A DNA stretch of 64,000 nucleotides. Source: an uncultured bacterium. GTDB lineage: Bacteria; Bacillota; Clostridia; Christensenellales; HGM11417. The notes below the pieces were generated by a model that was given only the letters and a program-made list of their open reading frames with translations, was not told the DNA's origin and did not search any database. The DNA is taken from contig CAJMQN010000007.1 in NCBI GenBank assembly GCA_905215695.1, positions 17,938-81,937 on the forward strand, given 5' to 3'. Below are positions 9,823 to 19,557 of the stretch, piece by piece. Each line of letters begins with the position of its first letter. Position 1 is the first letter of the stretch. The position numbers were made by a program, and so were the translations under genes.

Positions 9823-9851
9823 TTGACGAAACGAACAACACGGTTTATAAT
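9823..9851 (+). promoter_or_regulatory. Sigma-A-type promoter for the Ltp-like gene
   Basis: TTGACG (9823-9828), 17-nt spacer, TATAAT (9846-9851). Confidence 0.6.
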
Positions 9852-9880
9852 ACTCATATTCTACAAAAGAGGGGATTAAT

Positions 9881-10300
9881 ATGAAAAATTTGAAATGTCA
9901 CACGGTTCGCAAATTATGGTTTCCGGCGTTGCTTGTCGTCGTGCTGCTCGCAGTCTGCTGTTGCGGATGCTTTGAGGGCGGCGAAGGGGGAGACGCGGGC
10001 TCGGATTCCGCAACCGCCGGGGAGAAAAACGCGCTGCGTTCGGCAAAGACTTATCTTGCGGTTCAAGCCTTTTCGTATAACGGGCTTGTTGCTCAGCTGA
10101 AGTTTGAAGGGTTTACGGAGGAGCAGGCTTCCCACGGCGTGGACAACTGCGGCGCCGACTGGATGGAGCAGGCGAAAAAATCCGCGGCGCAGTATTTGAA
10201 ACTTATGGCGTATTCGAAGGACGCGCTCATCGCACAGCTGGAATTCGATGGCTTTACCCACGAACAGGCGGTTTACGGAGCAGAGGTGAACGGATTGTAA
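9881..10300 (+). CDS. Ltp-family (host cell surface-exposed) lipoprotein
   Basis: Lipobox signal (LLAVCCCGC). Two Ltp-type repeats: NALRSAKTYLAVQAFSYNGLVAQLKFEGFTEEQASHGVD and AKKSAAQYLKLMAYSKDALIAQLEFDGFTHEQAVYG. Confidence 0.8.
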   Translation: MKNLKCHTVRKLWFPALLVVVLLAVCCCGCFEGGEGGDAGSDSATAGEKNALRSAKTYLAVQAFSYNGLVAQLKFEGFTEEQASHGVDNCGADWMEQAKKSAAQYLKLMAYSKDALIAQLEFDGFTHEQAVYGAEVNGL

Positions 10301-10368
10301 AAATCGGCAAATTGCCGAAGGTCGGACGCAGAGTGTGGGTCCGACCTTTTTCTTTTGCGGAAAAACCC

Positions 10369-10397
10369 TTGTCAAACGCCGGGGATTCGGCTATAAT
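10369..10397 (+). promoter_or_regulatory. Promoter placing a leaderless start on tilS
   Basis: TTGTCA (10369-10374), 17-nt spacer, TATAAT (10392-10397). The ATG at 10404 lies 7 nt after the -10 element and there is no Shine-Dalgarno sequence. Confidence 0.55.
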
Positions 10398-10403
10398 ATG
10401 GTT

Positions 10404-11744
10404 ATGAAATCCAAACGGAACAAAACCGATCTTTCCGCTCTCGTCGAGGGCGGAGGGCTGTTTTCGAGAGGGGACAGGGTCGCCGCCGCCGTCTCGGGCG
10501 GGAGCGACTCCATGTGTCTTCTGCACCTTTTGGCGGGACTCCGAAAAAAACTCGGGTTTTCGCTCTCCTGCGTGCACGTCAATCATAACCTGCGCCCCGA
10601 GGCGGAGCGGGAGGAGGCGTTCGTGCGGGAATTCTGCGCGGAAAACGAAATCCCTTTCCGGTCGTTTTCGGTGGATGTCCCCGGGTATTGCGCGGAAAAG
10701 CGCGTTTCCGCCGAGGAGGGCGCGCGGGCGCTCCGATACCGGTGTTTCGAGGAAGTCTTTGCCCAAGGGGAATGCGACAAAATCGCCATCGCGCACAACA
10801 GCGGGGACAGTGCGGAGACCGTGCTTTTTCACCTGATCCGCGGATGCGGCGCGCGGGGTGCGCGGGGACTGTTGCCCCGGGTACCCGCAAAGACGCCGGG
10901 CAAATGGTACGTCCGTCCTCTGCTCGGCGCGTCCCGTGCGGAGATTTCCGCCTATCTGACCGAATTCGGCGTGCCGCACGTCGAGGATTCCTCAAACGGG
11001 GACACCGCCTTTTCGCGGAACAGGCTTCGGCTCGAGGCGCTCCCCGCGCTCGAGCGCGCGCACCCCGGCGCGGCGGAGAACCTCTGCGCGTTCGGCGGAC
11101 GCATGGCGGCGCTCACCGCATATCTTGCGAAGCGGGCGGGGGAGTATGTGCTTTCGGGGGACTCCGTCGCTTTGGATACGCCGGAGGCGCTTCTTGCCGA
11201 GGCGGCGGGGGCTTGCCTTGCCCGGCTCGGCGCGGATGCCGACCTCTCTGCGGCGCACCTGCGCGCGCTCCTCTCCCTCGAGACGGGCAGGAACGGCGCG
11301 CGCGTGGATCTTCCGGGCGGCGTGACCGCCGAAAGGCGGTACGACCGCATCTGCTTTTTCCGCGACCGCAAGCGGGAATTTGCGTGCGCGGCGTTCGGGT
11401 TCGGAACCTTTGAATTGGGAGACTATCTCGTCGGGATTTCCGAACAGCCCCTGCGGGGGGGCAGACTGCTCTCCGCGGACCTCTCCGCCATTCCCGAGGA
11501 CGCCGTTCTGCGCTTCCCCGAGGCGGGGGACACCTTCCGCAAGTTCGGCGGGGGGACGAAAAAGCTCTTCGACCTCTTCACGGATTGGAAAGTCCCGCGC
11601 TCGGAACGCGGGGGGATTCCCGTGCTTGCGAGCGGGAAGAGGGTCTTATGCGTCTTTACAAGGGACATTTCGGCGGACCTCGCCTGCGGCGAAAACAGCC
11701 GGATTATCTATTTCTGCACCCAAAAAAAGGAGACAAACCAATGA
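10404..11744 (+). CDS. tilS: tRNA(Ile)-lysidine synthetase
   Basis: PP-loop motif [12 protein letters not shown] and the conserved tilS-hpt gene order. The start could instead be 10398. Confidence 0.9.
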   Translation: MKSKRNKTDLSALVEGGGLFSRGDRVAAAVSGGSDSMCLLHLLAGLRKKLGFSLSCVHVNHNLRPEAEREEAFVREFCAENEIPFRSFSVDVPGYCAEKRVSAEEGARALRYRCFEEVFAQGECDKIAIAHNSGDSAETVLFHLIRGCGARGARGLLPRVPAKTPGKWYVRPLLGASRAEISAYLTEFGVPHVEDSSNGDTAFSRNRLRLEALPALERAHPGAAENLCAFGGRMAALTAYLAKRAGEYVLSGDSVALDTPEALLAEAAGACLARLGADADLSAAHLRALLSLETGRNGARVDLPGGVTAERRYDRICFFRDRKREFACAAFGFGTFELGDYLVGISEQPLRGGRLLSADLSAIPEDAVLRFPEAGDTFRKFGGGTKKLFDLFTDWKVPRSERGGIPVLASGKRVLCVFTRDISADLACGENSRIIYFCTQKKETNQ

Positions 11745-12280
11745 AACAGGACATCGAACGCGTGTTGATTTCGGAGAAGGAAATCGCCGACAAGGTCAGG
11801 GAACTGGGCGAACGGCTCACAGAGGATTACCGGGACAAGAATCCGCTTTTGATCTGTATTTTAAAGGGTTCGACCATCTTCTTCGCCGACCTCGTGCGGC
11901 ACATCGGGACGCACGTCGAACTCGATTTTATGGCGACGTCGAGCTACGGAAACGGCTCTTCCTCCTCCGGCGAGGTGCGGGTCACGAAGGATCTCGAGCG
12001 CAGTGTGGAAGGGAGAGAGGTCATCATCGTCGAGGATATCATTGATTCCGGGCTCACGCTCAACTATTTAAAGCACATGCTCGAGCGCAGAAACGCGAAA
12101 TCGGTCAAAATCGTCACGCTTTTGGACAAGCCCGCGCGGCGGAAGGTCGAGATCGTCGGGGACTATACCGGGTTCGAGATTGACAACTATTTCGTGGTCG
12201 GATACGGATTGGACTATGCGGAAAAGTACCGCAATCTTCCCTACGTGGGGATTCTGAAACCCGAAGTTTACGGAGAATAA
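11741..12280 (+). CDS. hpt: Hypoxanthine phosphoribosyltransferase
   Basis: [23 protein letters not shown]... and the PRPP-binding loop [14 protein letters not shown]. The ATG overlaps the tilS stop codon. Confidence 0.93.
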   Translation: MKQDIERVLISEKEIADKVRELGERLTEDYRDKNPLLICILKGSTIFFADLVRHIGTHVELDFMATSSYGNGSSSSGEVRVTKDLERSVEGREVIIVEDIIDSGLTLNYLKHMLERRNAKSVKIVTLLDKPARRKVEIVGDYTGFEIDNYFVVGYGLDYAEKYRNLPYVGILKPEVYGE

Positions 12281-12281
12281 G

Positions 12282-12317
12282 AGAGAGCCGCGCAAAAGAC
12301 TTTTTGCGCGGCTCTCT
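12282..12317. terminator. Bidirectional terminator between convergent hpt and the lipid kinase gene
   Basis: 16-bp stem agagagccgcgcaaaa/ttttgcgcggctctct with a 4-nt loop and flanking T/A runs. Confidence 0.8.
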
Positions 12318-12319
12318 TT

Positions 12320-13189
12320 TCAGGGACGATACATGCGGAGCAGGTCGGAAACGATTTTACACTCGAAAACGGGGGAGTTCCACAGTTCCCCATCCACGTT
12401 TACCACCTTTTTCGCGTCCGAGACCACCTTGACCGAACGGCAGGGGATACTCTCCACGAAGTCGTACTTTAAAAGGGTGCCCTTTTTAAAGCCGAGCAGG
12501 GGTCCGAGCATCTTGGACTTCGGGAGTTTGTTGACGATCACGAGGTCGAGTTTTCCGTCGTCGATCTGCGAATTCGGGGAGATGACCATGCCGCCGCCGA
12601 AGTATTTCCCGTTTGCGACGGAGGCGATCATCGCTTCCCTGTGCCCGAGCGGAACGCCGTCCACCTCGAGTTCGAAGTTCATCCACTTGAGCGCGACAAG
12701 CGCGCTGACGAGACACTGCATATAGGTGAATTTGGTGCGCACTTTGCGGCGGTTATAGCGTTCGAGAACGTCCACGTCGATGCCCATGCCCGCGACGTTC
12801 ATGGAACGCTTGTCCCCGATTTGGATGAAATCCGTATAGCGTGGCGTGCCCGAAAGAATGAGTTCCATGGCGTCCTTTGGCTCCATGACGGGCAGGTTCG
12901 CGCTCGCGGCGAAGTCGTTGCCCGTGCCGCAGGGAATGATGCCGAGGGCGACGTTTTCAAAGCGGTCGATTCCGTTTAACACCTCGCTGACCGTGCCGTC
13001 CCCGCCAATGACGACGAGATCCGAGGGGACTTGCGAGAGTTTTCGGGCGATTTCAGTCGCGTGCCCCGCGCGTTGGGTAAAATGTACCGCGTATTCGACG
13101 GAACGAACCTTCAAGTAATCTGTGAGCTTGTCGAGAACCTTGAGGGTGCGCCCCTTGCCCGCGGTGGGATTCAGGATAAATTGAACCAT
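12320..13189 (-). CDS. DagK/YegS-family lipid (diacylglycerol) kinase
   Basis: LVVIGGDGTVSEVLNG and GIIPCGTGNDFA motifs, 289 aa. Confidence 0.85.
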   Translation of the reverse strand: MVQFILNPTAGKGRTLKVLDKLTDYLKVRSVEYAVHFTQRAGHATEIARKLSQVPSDLVVIGGDGTVSEVLNGIDRFENVALGIIPCGTGNDFAASANLPVMEPKDAMELILSGTPRYTDFIQIGDKRSMNVAGMGIDVDVLERYNRRKVRTKFTYMQCLVSALVALKWMNFELEVDGVPLGHREAMIASVANGKYFGGGMVISPNSQIDDGKLDLVIVNKLPKSKMLGPLLGFKKGTLLKYDFVESIPCRSVKVVSDAKKVVNVDGELWNSPVFECKIVSDLLRMYRP

Positions 13190-13252
13190 TGTGCTTTCCT
13201 TCCGATTCGGAATGTGTTAGAATTATTGTATAATAAATCGGTAAAAAATGCA

Positions 13253-14629
13253 ATGAAAATTCAAATCTCCGAAAAATTGAGCGCGGCGGCGCGGAAGTTT
13301 CCTTCTCCGCTCTACCTTGTGGGCGGATTTGTCCGCAATTCTCTCCTCGGCGTAACCGTTTCGGATCAAGACGTCGCCTCCGCCTGTTCCGCGGAAACGG
13401 CGGCGGCGCTCTTTGCGGAACAGGGCTGGACGGTGACCGCCGTCTATCCGCGCATGGGTACGGTCAAGCTCCGTGCGCCGGAGACGGGAGAAGAGGTCGA
13501 ATATACGCAGTTCCGCACCGAACGGTACGCGCCGGGGGGCGGACACACCCCCCAAGACGTGCTTTTTACCCGGGAAATTGGGGAGGACGCGCGGCGGCGG
13601 GATTTCTCCGTCAACGCGATCTACTGCGACGCCGCGACGGGAGAGCTTGCCGACCCCTGCGGGGGACTCGTTGACCTCGAAAAGCGGGAAATCCGTACCG
13701 CGGATTTGCCCGAACGCGTTTTCGGCTCGGACGGGCTTCGGCTTCTTCGGCTCGTGCGGTTCTGCGCGGAGCTCGGGTTTTCTCCCGAACCGAATACGTT
13801 TGCGGCGGCGCGGGCGTGTCGGGACAATCTCGACGACATCGCGGAGGAACGGATCGCCGACGAATTTCGGAAAATCTGCTTTGCGGATTTGAAATATCCC
13901 GCGCTCACCGAAGAGAGCCGAACGCCCGCGCACGCGGCGGGACTGCGCATGCTGGACGAACTCGGACTTCTCGAAAAGATTCTGCCCGAGATTACCGCGG
14001 GCAAGGGGATTGCGCAGCGAGCGGACTATCACCGCTACGACGTATTCGGGCATACCATGGAGACCTTCCGCCTGTCTCCCCCCGAAGTGAGGATTGCCGC
14101 GCTCCTGCACGACGTGGGAAAACCGATCTGCTATCGGGAGACGGGCAGATTTTACGGACACGAGGAAGTCGGCGCGGAACCCGCATACAGGATTTCGATG
14201 CGCGCGTTCGGGTGTTCCAAGCGGGAGGCTTCGGAGATCTCGGCGCTCGTGCGGCTGCATATGTATGACCTCGCGGGGGTCACGCGGGAGAATAAACTCA
14301 AAAAATTTCTCGCCGAACATTCCGCACTCGTGCCCAAACTTTTGCTCTTAAAGCAGGCGGATTACCTCGGCGGAGGGCTTTTGGAAGGGGAGTGCCCGAC
14401 GGTGACCCGATGGAAGACGTTGCTCCGAAGAATGGACGAACTCGGAACGCCGCGTTCGCTTGCGGATCTGAAAATCGACGGAAGGGACGTGCTCGCCGTG
14501 CTTCCGGAGCTTCCGAAAAACCGAATTTCGGCGGTACTCCGCGCGTTGTTCGAGGAGTGCGTCTGCAATGAGTCCCTCAACGACCGAGAAAAACTGCTTG
14601 CTCGGCTTGAAAAATTCGGGCGCGAATAG
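13253..14629 (+). CDS. cca: CCA-adding tRNA nucleotidyltransferase with HD domain
   Basis: LYLVGGFVRNSLLG...DQDV nucleotidyltransferase head and an HD motif (LLHDVGKP). ATG at 13253; the ORF-track start at 13031 would overlap the divergent kinase gene. Confidence 0.8.
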   Translation: MKIQISEKLSAAARKFPSPLYLVGGFVRNSLLGVTVSDQDVASACSAETAAALFAEQGWTVTAVYPRMGTVKLRAPETGEEVEYTQFRTERYAPGGGHTPQDVLFTREIGEDARRRDFSVNAIYCDAATGELADPCGGLVDLEKREIRTADLPERVFGSDGLRLLRLVRFCAELGFSPEPNTFAAARACRDNLDDIAEERIADEFRKICFADLKYPALTEESRTPAHAAGLRMLDELGLLEKILPEITAGKGIAQRADYHRYDVFGHTMETFRLSPPEVRIAALLHDVGKPICYRETGRFYGHEEVGAEPAYRISMRAFGCSKREASEISALVRLHMYDLAGVTRENKLKKFLAEHSALVPKLLLLKQADYLGGGLLEGECPTVTRWKTLLRRMDELGTPRSLADLKIDGRDVLAVLPELPKNRISAVLRALFEECVCNESLNDREKLLARLEKFGRE

Positions 14630-14688
14630 AAACGCGCATGCCGGCGCACAATATGCGTATCAAAAACGATTCGGACCGGTGAAAATCT

Positions 14689-15900
14689 ATGACAGGCAGA
14701 AAAAAAACAATCATACTCATGGCAATCGCCGTGGGTATTTTTTGTTGTTTGGGGTTGGCAAATTTTACCGCGTCGGCGGAACTAGACATCTGCGTTTCCT
14801 TAAAGCTCGGCGACGAGGTTTTTCTCTTCCGCGAGCCGGACATCGTGTATGCAGGGGATCTCACCGAAGAGATTGCCGAAAAGGGTATTTTCGACGCAAA
14901 GGGAAGATTTTTCGGATTCCGCGCGCCGATCGCGAAAAAATACCGGCTGACGGACATTGACAAAAAACTTGCCGAAATCAACGCGCTCGTGTTGGTGGAA
15001 CCGAAAAACGCTTCAGTGAAATTCAATCCTGCGAATCCCAAGGCGTCCGCAATCACGGATGACGAGGACGGCGTCAGTCTGAATCTCGAGCGGATCAAGC
15101 GGGAAATCGAGGAAAATCTGCTTGCGGGAAAGAGCTATATCGCGGAAGTCTATCCCGAACCGACCAAGGCGGCGCTGACCCGGAAGGACATTGAAGAGTC
15201 TTTGAATCTCTGCACAAAGTTTTCGACGGACATCAGTTCTTCCACCGAAAACAGAAAGAACAACGTGCGTCTCGCGCTCTCCAAGTTCAGCGGCAAAACC
15301 TTTTTAAAGGGCGAACAGGGTTCTTTCAACGAAATCGTAGGACCGAGAACGGAAGCCAACGGATTTCGGGCGGCGAAGGTGATTTTGGACGGAGAATTTG
15401 TGGAGGGAATCGGCGGCGGCGTGTGTCAGGCTTCGACGACGCTCTACAACGCGCTTCTGCTTTCGGGAAACAAGATTCTCGAAAAGCACAGACATTCGCT
15501 TCGGGTGAGCTACGTACCTCCCTCTTTCGACGCAATGGTGTCCTCCTCTGCGGACATGAAATTCGAGTGTGAAAAGAAGATTATGCACATCGTCACGCGC
15601 ACGGACGGGGTGCGGGCGACCGTAGAAATTTACGCAAAAAAGGATGCGGTCGGCATTACGCGAAAGAGCGTGATTCTCTCGGAGGGCGAGCCGCCGGAGC
15701 CGGAGGTCGAGGTGGACACGGAGGGCAAGTATAGGGATAAGATTCGGTATCGTGACGAAAAAATCATCGTGAGTCCTTCCAAGGGTGAACTGCGCAGTGA
15801 AGGGTGGCTGTACTATTCGGACGGAAGAAAAGTGAAGATTCGCACGGACGTCTATAAGGCGCAAAAAGGCAAAGTCATCGTGGGTGCGGAAGAGCGCTGA
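14689..15900 (+). CDS. VanW-family protein
   Basis: N-terminal membrane anchor and the VanW core GGGVCQASTTLYNALLLSG...SYVPPSFDAMV. Confidence 0.8.
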   Translation: MTGRKKTIILMAIAVGIFCCLGLANFTASAELDICVSLKLGDEVFLFREPDIVYAGDLTEEIAEKGIFDAKGRFFGFRAPIAKKYRLTDIDKKLAEINALVLVEPKNASVKFNPANPKASAITDDEDGVSLNLERIKREIEENLLAGKSYIAEVYPEPTKAALTRKDIEESLNLCTKFSTDISSSTENRKNNVRLALSKFSGKTFLKGEQGSFNEIVGPRTEANGFRAAKVILDGEFVEGIGGGVCQASTTLYNALLLSGNKILEKHRHSLRVSYVPPSFDAMVSSSADMKFECEKKIMHIVTRTDGVRATVEIYAKKDAVGITRKSVILSEGEPPEPEVEVDTEGKYRDKIRYRDEKIIVSPSKGELRSEGWLYYSDGRKVKIRTDVYKAQKGKVIVGAEER

Positions 15901-15930
15901 AAAATTTTTTAAAAAACTCCCTCGTTTTCC

Positions 15931-15959
15931 TTTACAAAAGCGAGGGAGTTTTGTATAAT
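15931..15959 (+). promoter_or_regulatory. Promoter for tRNA-Val
   Basis: TTTACA (15931-15936), 17-nt spacer, TATAAT (15954-15959), about 15 nt before the tRNA 5' end. It overlaps the vanW terminator hairpin (aactccctcg...cgagggagtt). Confidence 0.6.
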
Positions 15960-15973
15960 AGTTTTACCATTTT

Positions 15974-16049
15974 GGGCAATTAACTCAGCTGGGAGAGTGT
16001 CTTCTTGACGTGGAGAAAGTCAGGGGTTCGAGTCCCTTATTGCCCACCA
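15974..16049 (+). tRNA. tRNA-Val (anticodon GAC), CCA encoded
   Basis: Manual cloverleaf: acceptor GGGCAAT/ATTGCCC; D-arm ACTC-AGCTGGGA-GAGT; anticodon stem TCTTC/GGAGA with loop TTGACGT; T-arm AGGGG-TTCGAGT-CCCTT; 3' end ACCA. Confidence 0.9.
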
Positions 16050-16140
16050 TACGGGACTCACTCGAACCCTTTGTGTTAGACAAAGGATTCGAGCGGAGTC
16101 AAAGAGCGGAGACCGAAGGAATAAATCCTTCGGTTTTTTT
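16041..16140 (+). repeat. Repeat copy 1: tRNA-Val 3' end, about 50-nt imperfect hairpin, and intrinsic terminator
   Basis: Long hairpin gACTCaCTCGAAcCCTTTGtgttagaCAAAGGaTTCGAGcgGAGTc, then terminator accgaagga-ataaa-tccttcggt plus T7 (16112-16140). A homologous copy lies at 28681-28780. Confidence 0.7.
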
Positions 16141-16225
16141 AATGGCTCAGCATTTTAAGGTTTCCGAAGGGGCAAAAACCAATCATTATGAAACGGAACA
16201 ATTTTTGATTTACGGGAGGACGAGA

Positions 16226-17152
16226 ATGAAAGAGATCGAAATCAATCTCATGGATTCAGTACCGTATGTGCGGTATGTGGCGAAATATCGTTCGGAGCCG
16301 GGAATCAAATATCATGTTCCCTGGCGGGTCATCTACGACTTTGAGATTATCTTTGTCACCGACGGCGAAATGGTTGTGGAGGAACGGGGCGAGCAGGGCG
16401 AAAGCCGTTACTACCTGAAAAAGAGCGACTTTCATGTCATGGAACCCCTCGTGCGGCATACGCGTATCATTGAAGACGGGGCGCATTGCACGTACTATAC
16501 CGTACACTTCGACTTTTTAATGAACAAGCTCGACAAAAATGTGGACGTGGACAAAGTATATCTCGCGCCTATTGTCGATTTTGTGGATGAGACCGACGTG
16601 GACAAAGAATTGAGTGAACGCAACGTCTATAAAATTAAAGATATTTCGCTCAAGAGAATCTTTCACGTAAAGGATGCCACGCGCATGGAGGTGTCTTTTG
16701 AGCGTATGTTTCGTCTCTTTAACCGCAAAGACGAAGTGCTTGATTTTCAGCTGCGCGGAAACTTCATCACACTGCTCGGCATTCTCTTTGAGGAAATGAG
16801 GGACGAAAGTTATATCTTTCGCATTCAGGACGCAATCGAACACTTCTGTCACTATGTTTACGAATATATTGCCACAGAAATCAGCGTGGAAAAATTCGCC
16901 CGGAGCTGTGGGTTCTCACCCGTGTACTTTCGCAAGGAGTTTCGAAAGCGAAAGGGCATCACCCCGGGGGAATACTTGCAGGACGAGCGCATGGGGCTGG
17001 CGAAAAAGCTGCTCCGAGAGGGCATACGCGTGACCGACGTCGCTCCCATGGTGGGTTATGCGGATATCTGTTATTTCTCCAAAGCATTCAAGAAACGCTG
17101 CGGCACATCGCCCTCCGACTATGCGAAAAAAGCGCAAGACAAAACAGTTTAA
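16226..17152 (+). CDS. AraC-family transcriptional regulator (locus 1)
   Basis: C-terminal double HTH (FARSCGFSPVYFRKEFRKRKGITPGEYL...VGYADICYFSKAFKKRCGTSPSDY) and an N-terminal cupin-like sensor. GGGAGGA lies before the ATG at 16226. Confidence 0.88.
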   Translation: MKEIEINLMDSVPYVRYVAKYRSEPGIKYHVPWRVIYDFEIIFVTDGEMVVEERGEQGESRYYLKKSDFHVMEPLVRHTRIIEDGAHCTYYTVHFDFLMNKLDKNVDVDKVYLAPIVDFVDETDVDKELSERNVYKIKDISLKRIFHVKDATRMEVSFERMFRLFNRKDEVLDFQLRGNFITLLGILFEEMRDESYIFRIQDAIEHFCHYVYEYIATEISVEKFARSCGFSPVYFRKEFRKRKGITPGEYLQDERMGLAKKLLREGIRVTDVAPMVGYADICYFSKAFKKRCGTSPSDYAKKAQDKTV

Positions 17153-17156
17153 CAAG

Positions 17157-17188
17157 AGCCTCGGTTTCACAACCGGGGCTTTTTTTTT
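17157..17188 (+). terminator. Intrinsic terminator after the AraC gene
   Basis: Stem agcctcggtt/aaccggggct with a 4-nt loop, followed by T8. Confidence 0.75.
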
Positions 17189-17300
17189 GCGGAATTGTTG
17201 CGCACGTGTTTCGAAAAGTACAAGTTTTTGGCTAAAAATCTATCTTGTATAAGGGTCGGACGGGGAGATATAATAGATACAGTAAAACATAAGGAGAAGA

Positions 17301-18656
17301 ATGGTGAAAAAATTTTGGATTGCAATTCTCGCCTGCGCGCTGATGTCTGTTTCCTTTGTCGGGTGCGCGCCCCGGGTTAACAACGTGAATCCCGGTACCG
17401 ATTACGAAGTCAATTTGGACATAGATTATCAGGTCAGTGCCGAACTCCGGGTGGGATTGAACTCGGTAGTGGGCGCCGAAACCGACTATATTGAGGCGCT
17501 TGCGGCGGAATTTAACAAGCTCTATCGCAACGTCAAGATTACAGTGCAGCCCATGATTTCGGGCAGTTACGACAATGCTTTGCAGAACGCGCATCAGACG
17601 GGAAATATGCCGGACATCTTTTTTACGACGTCCTCCATGTTCCCGGGACAGGTGGAAAAGGGTTTGACGCTCAATCTGTCGCCCTATATTTCGGCGGAGA
17701 CCGAGAAAAATTCGGAATGGGAAAAACAGTTTGTCGAATCGGGCTGGAAGCTCGGGCAAAAGGATATGGACGGCGATCAGATGATGGTGCCGCGCTCGAC
17801 GGACCGCATCGTTACCCACTACAACAAGAAGATTTTTATGGATGCGGGCGTGGATATGTCAACGGTCAAGAACGGTTGGACGTGGGAGGATTTTCTGGCT
17901 GCATGCGCCAAGATTCGCACTTACTTCAACAAGACGAACAGACAGGACCAATACTTCCTGCAAGCGTCGCTCGGCTGGGAAGCGTTGTTTTCGCCCATGC
18001 TTGCGTCCTACGGCGGAAAAGTGTTCAACGAGGATAAGTCCATAGCCTTTGACAGTCCCGAAGTTCGGGAGATGCTGGAAGACATGAAATACCTTGTCGA
18101 TGAACGCTATATGGCTCCTCTCAATCAGGCGGGCGCGGACTTTTTCACGGGCACCGGCGGCGCCATGTTCTTTCATTCCTCGCCGGCGAACCTCATCAAA
18201 GCCAATGTCGGCGAAGACTACGACATTGTCACGTTCCCGCTCATCGGCGATGACCCGCATATCGGCGCAGGCGCGGCTGGATATTCGATCTACGCCGGAA
18301 GCAAAAATCGGGATATTGCTTGGAAATTCCTTTCGTTTATGATTTCGAAAAAGGGACAAAATGCTCTCGCGCGGGCGGGACTGACGTTGGCGCCCCTCCG
18401 GGTGGACATGCAAGACCCCAACCTCAACGACTGGGGCAAGGGCAACGAGAACATCAATATGGCGGCGTACACCTGGCGTCCCGAACTCAACTATGCCACG
18501 AGTTGGCAGCTTCCCTTCCCCTCGGGTATGCATCAGGATCTTTTGGATACGATGGAAAATATGGTGTTCAACTATCTGCGCGACCCCGACGGCTTGACAC
18601 TGGACGGTACAATCTCGCACGCCAAGACCGAGGTGCAGGCTATCATCTCAAGGTAG
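17301..18656 (+). CDS. Carbohydrate ABC transporter substrate-binding lipoprotein (CUT1 type)
   Basis: Lipobox SVSFVGC, 451 aa. Its position directly upstream of a MalF/MalG-like permease pair supports the call. Confidence 0.85.
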   Translation: MVKKFWIAILACALMSVSFVGCAPRVNNVNPGTDYEVNLDIDYQVSAELRVGLNSVVGAETDYIEALAAEFNKLYRNVKITVQPMISGSYDNALQNAHQTGNMPDIFFTTSSMFPGQVEKGLTLNLSPYISAETEKNSEWEKQFVESGWKLGQKDMDGDQMMVPRSTDRIVTHYNKKIFMDAGVDMSTVKNGWTWEDFLAACAKIRTYFNKTNRQDQYFLQASLGWEALFSPMLASYGGKVFNEDKSIAFDSPEVREMLEDMKYLVDERYMAPLNQAGADFFTGTGGAMFFHSSPANLIKANVGEDYDIVTFPLIGDDPHIGAGAAGYSIYAGSKNRDIAWKFLSFMISKKGQNALARAGLTLAPLRVDMQDPNLNDWGKGNENINMAAYTWRPELNYATSWQLPFPSGMHQDLLDTMENMVFNYLRDPDGLTLDGTISHAKTEVQAIISR

Positions 18657-18660
18657 TGCT

Positions 18661-19557
18661 ATGTTGAAGATTAAAAAATTTTTCAAGGAAAACGGCGCGG
18701 GGTATGTCTTCATGCTCCCGCTGGTTTTAGGACTTGCCATACTGACCGTCTATCCGGTTGTGCAGGCGCTCATAATCAGTTTTTACGAATACGACGGCTT
18801 TGCAACCGCAAATTACATCGGATTTGACAACTTTGTACGGGCGTTTACCATTGATACGCAGTTTTGGAAGGTGGTGGGGAACACTTTTCTGTACGCATTC
18901 CTCAACGTGCCCTTCACCATGATTCTCTCCTATCTCCTCGCGCTCTTTGTCAACAAGAATATCAAGGGAATTTCGGTGTTCCGCACGCTGTTTTATCTGC
19001 CCTGCGTCATTCCCGGCATTGTTATGGGCGTCATGTGGGGAGACTTCATGGCGTATCCTTCGGGAGCGTTTAACGAAATTTTTGCCGCGCTCGGCTTGCC
19101 TCGTTTTACCTTTCTTTCTGTGGCAAGCACCTCTATGGCGTCTCTGTTCATCATGGGACTGTGGGGAATAGGCGGAGGCATGATTCTGTGGCTGGCTGCC
19201 CTCAAAAATATCCCGGCTGCCATGTACGAGGCTGCGGATATCGACGGCGCGGGCAAGGCGTTCGTGCTCTTTCGCATCACGATTCCCATGAGTACGACCA
19301 CCATATTTTATAACCTCATCGTCGGGGTCATCGGCACGCTGCAAATCAATTCCACGCTCATTTTTGCGCCGGGCGGCACGGGAATCGACAATTCTCTGTA
19401 CTTCTTCTCGGTAAAGATTTACAAGGAAGCCTTCCAGCGGTCGAGCATGGGCTATGCTTCCGCGCTCGCGTGGATTCTCGCCGTTGTCATCGGTCTCATT
19501 ACGATCGTGCTGTTCAAGACGAGCGGTTGGGTATATGCGGAGGATGAAAACGTATGA
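18661..19557 (+). CDS. Sugar ABC transporter permease (MalF-like)
   Basis: Six-TM profile and an EAA-loop-like AADIDGAGKAFVLFRITIPM. Confidence 0.88.
   Translation: MLKIKKFFKENGAGYVFMLPLVLGLAILTVYPVVQALIISFYEYDGFATANYIGFDNFVRAFTIDTQFWKVVGNTFLYAFLNVPFTMILSYLLALFVNKNIKGISVFRTLFYLPCVIPGIVMGVMWGDFMAYPSGAFNEIFAALGLPRFTFLSVASTSMASLFIMGLWGIGGGMILWLAALKNIPAAMYEAADIDGAGKAFVLFRITIPMSTTTIFYNLIVGVIGTLQINSTLIFAPGGTGIDNSLYFFSVKIYKEAFQRSSMGYASALAWILAVVIGLITIVLFKTSGWVYAEDENV

Noticed and set aside
16053-16102. Possibility that the hairpin after tRNA-Val is a decayed second tRNA (it contains a GATTCGAGC string resembling a T-loop)
   Set aside because: It is only about 50 nt and folds as one long imperfect hairpin. 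No D-arm or anticodon arm can be drawn, so I treat it as part of the repeat/terminator element.
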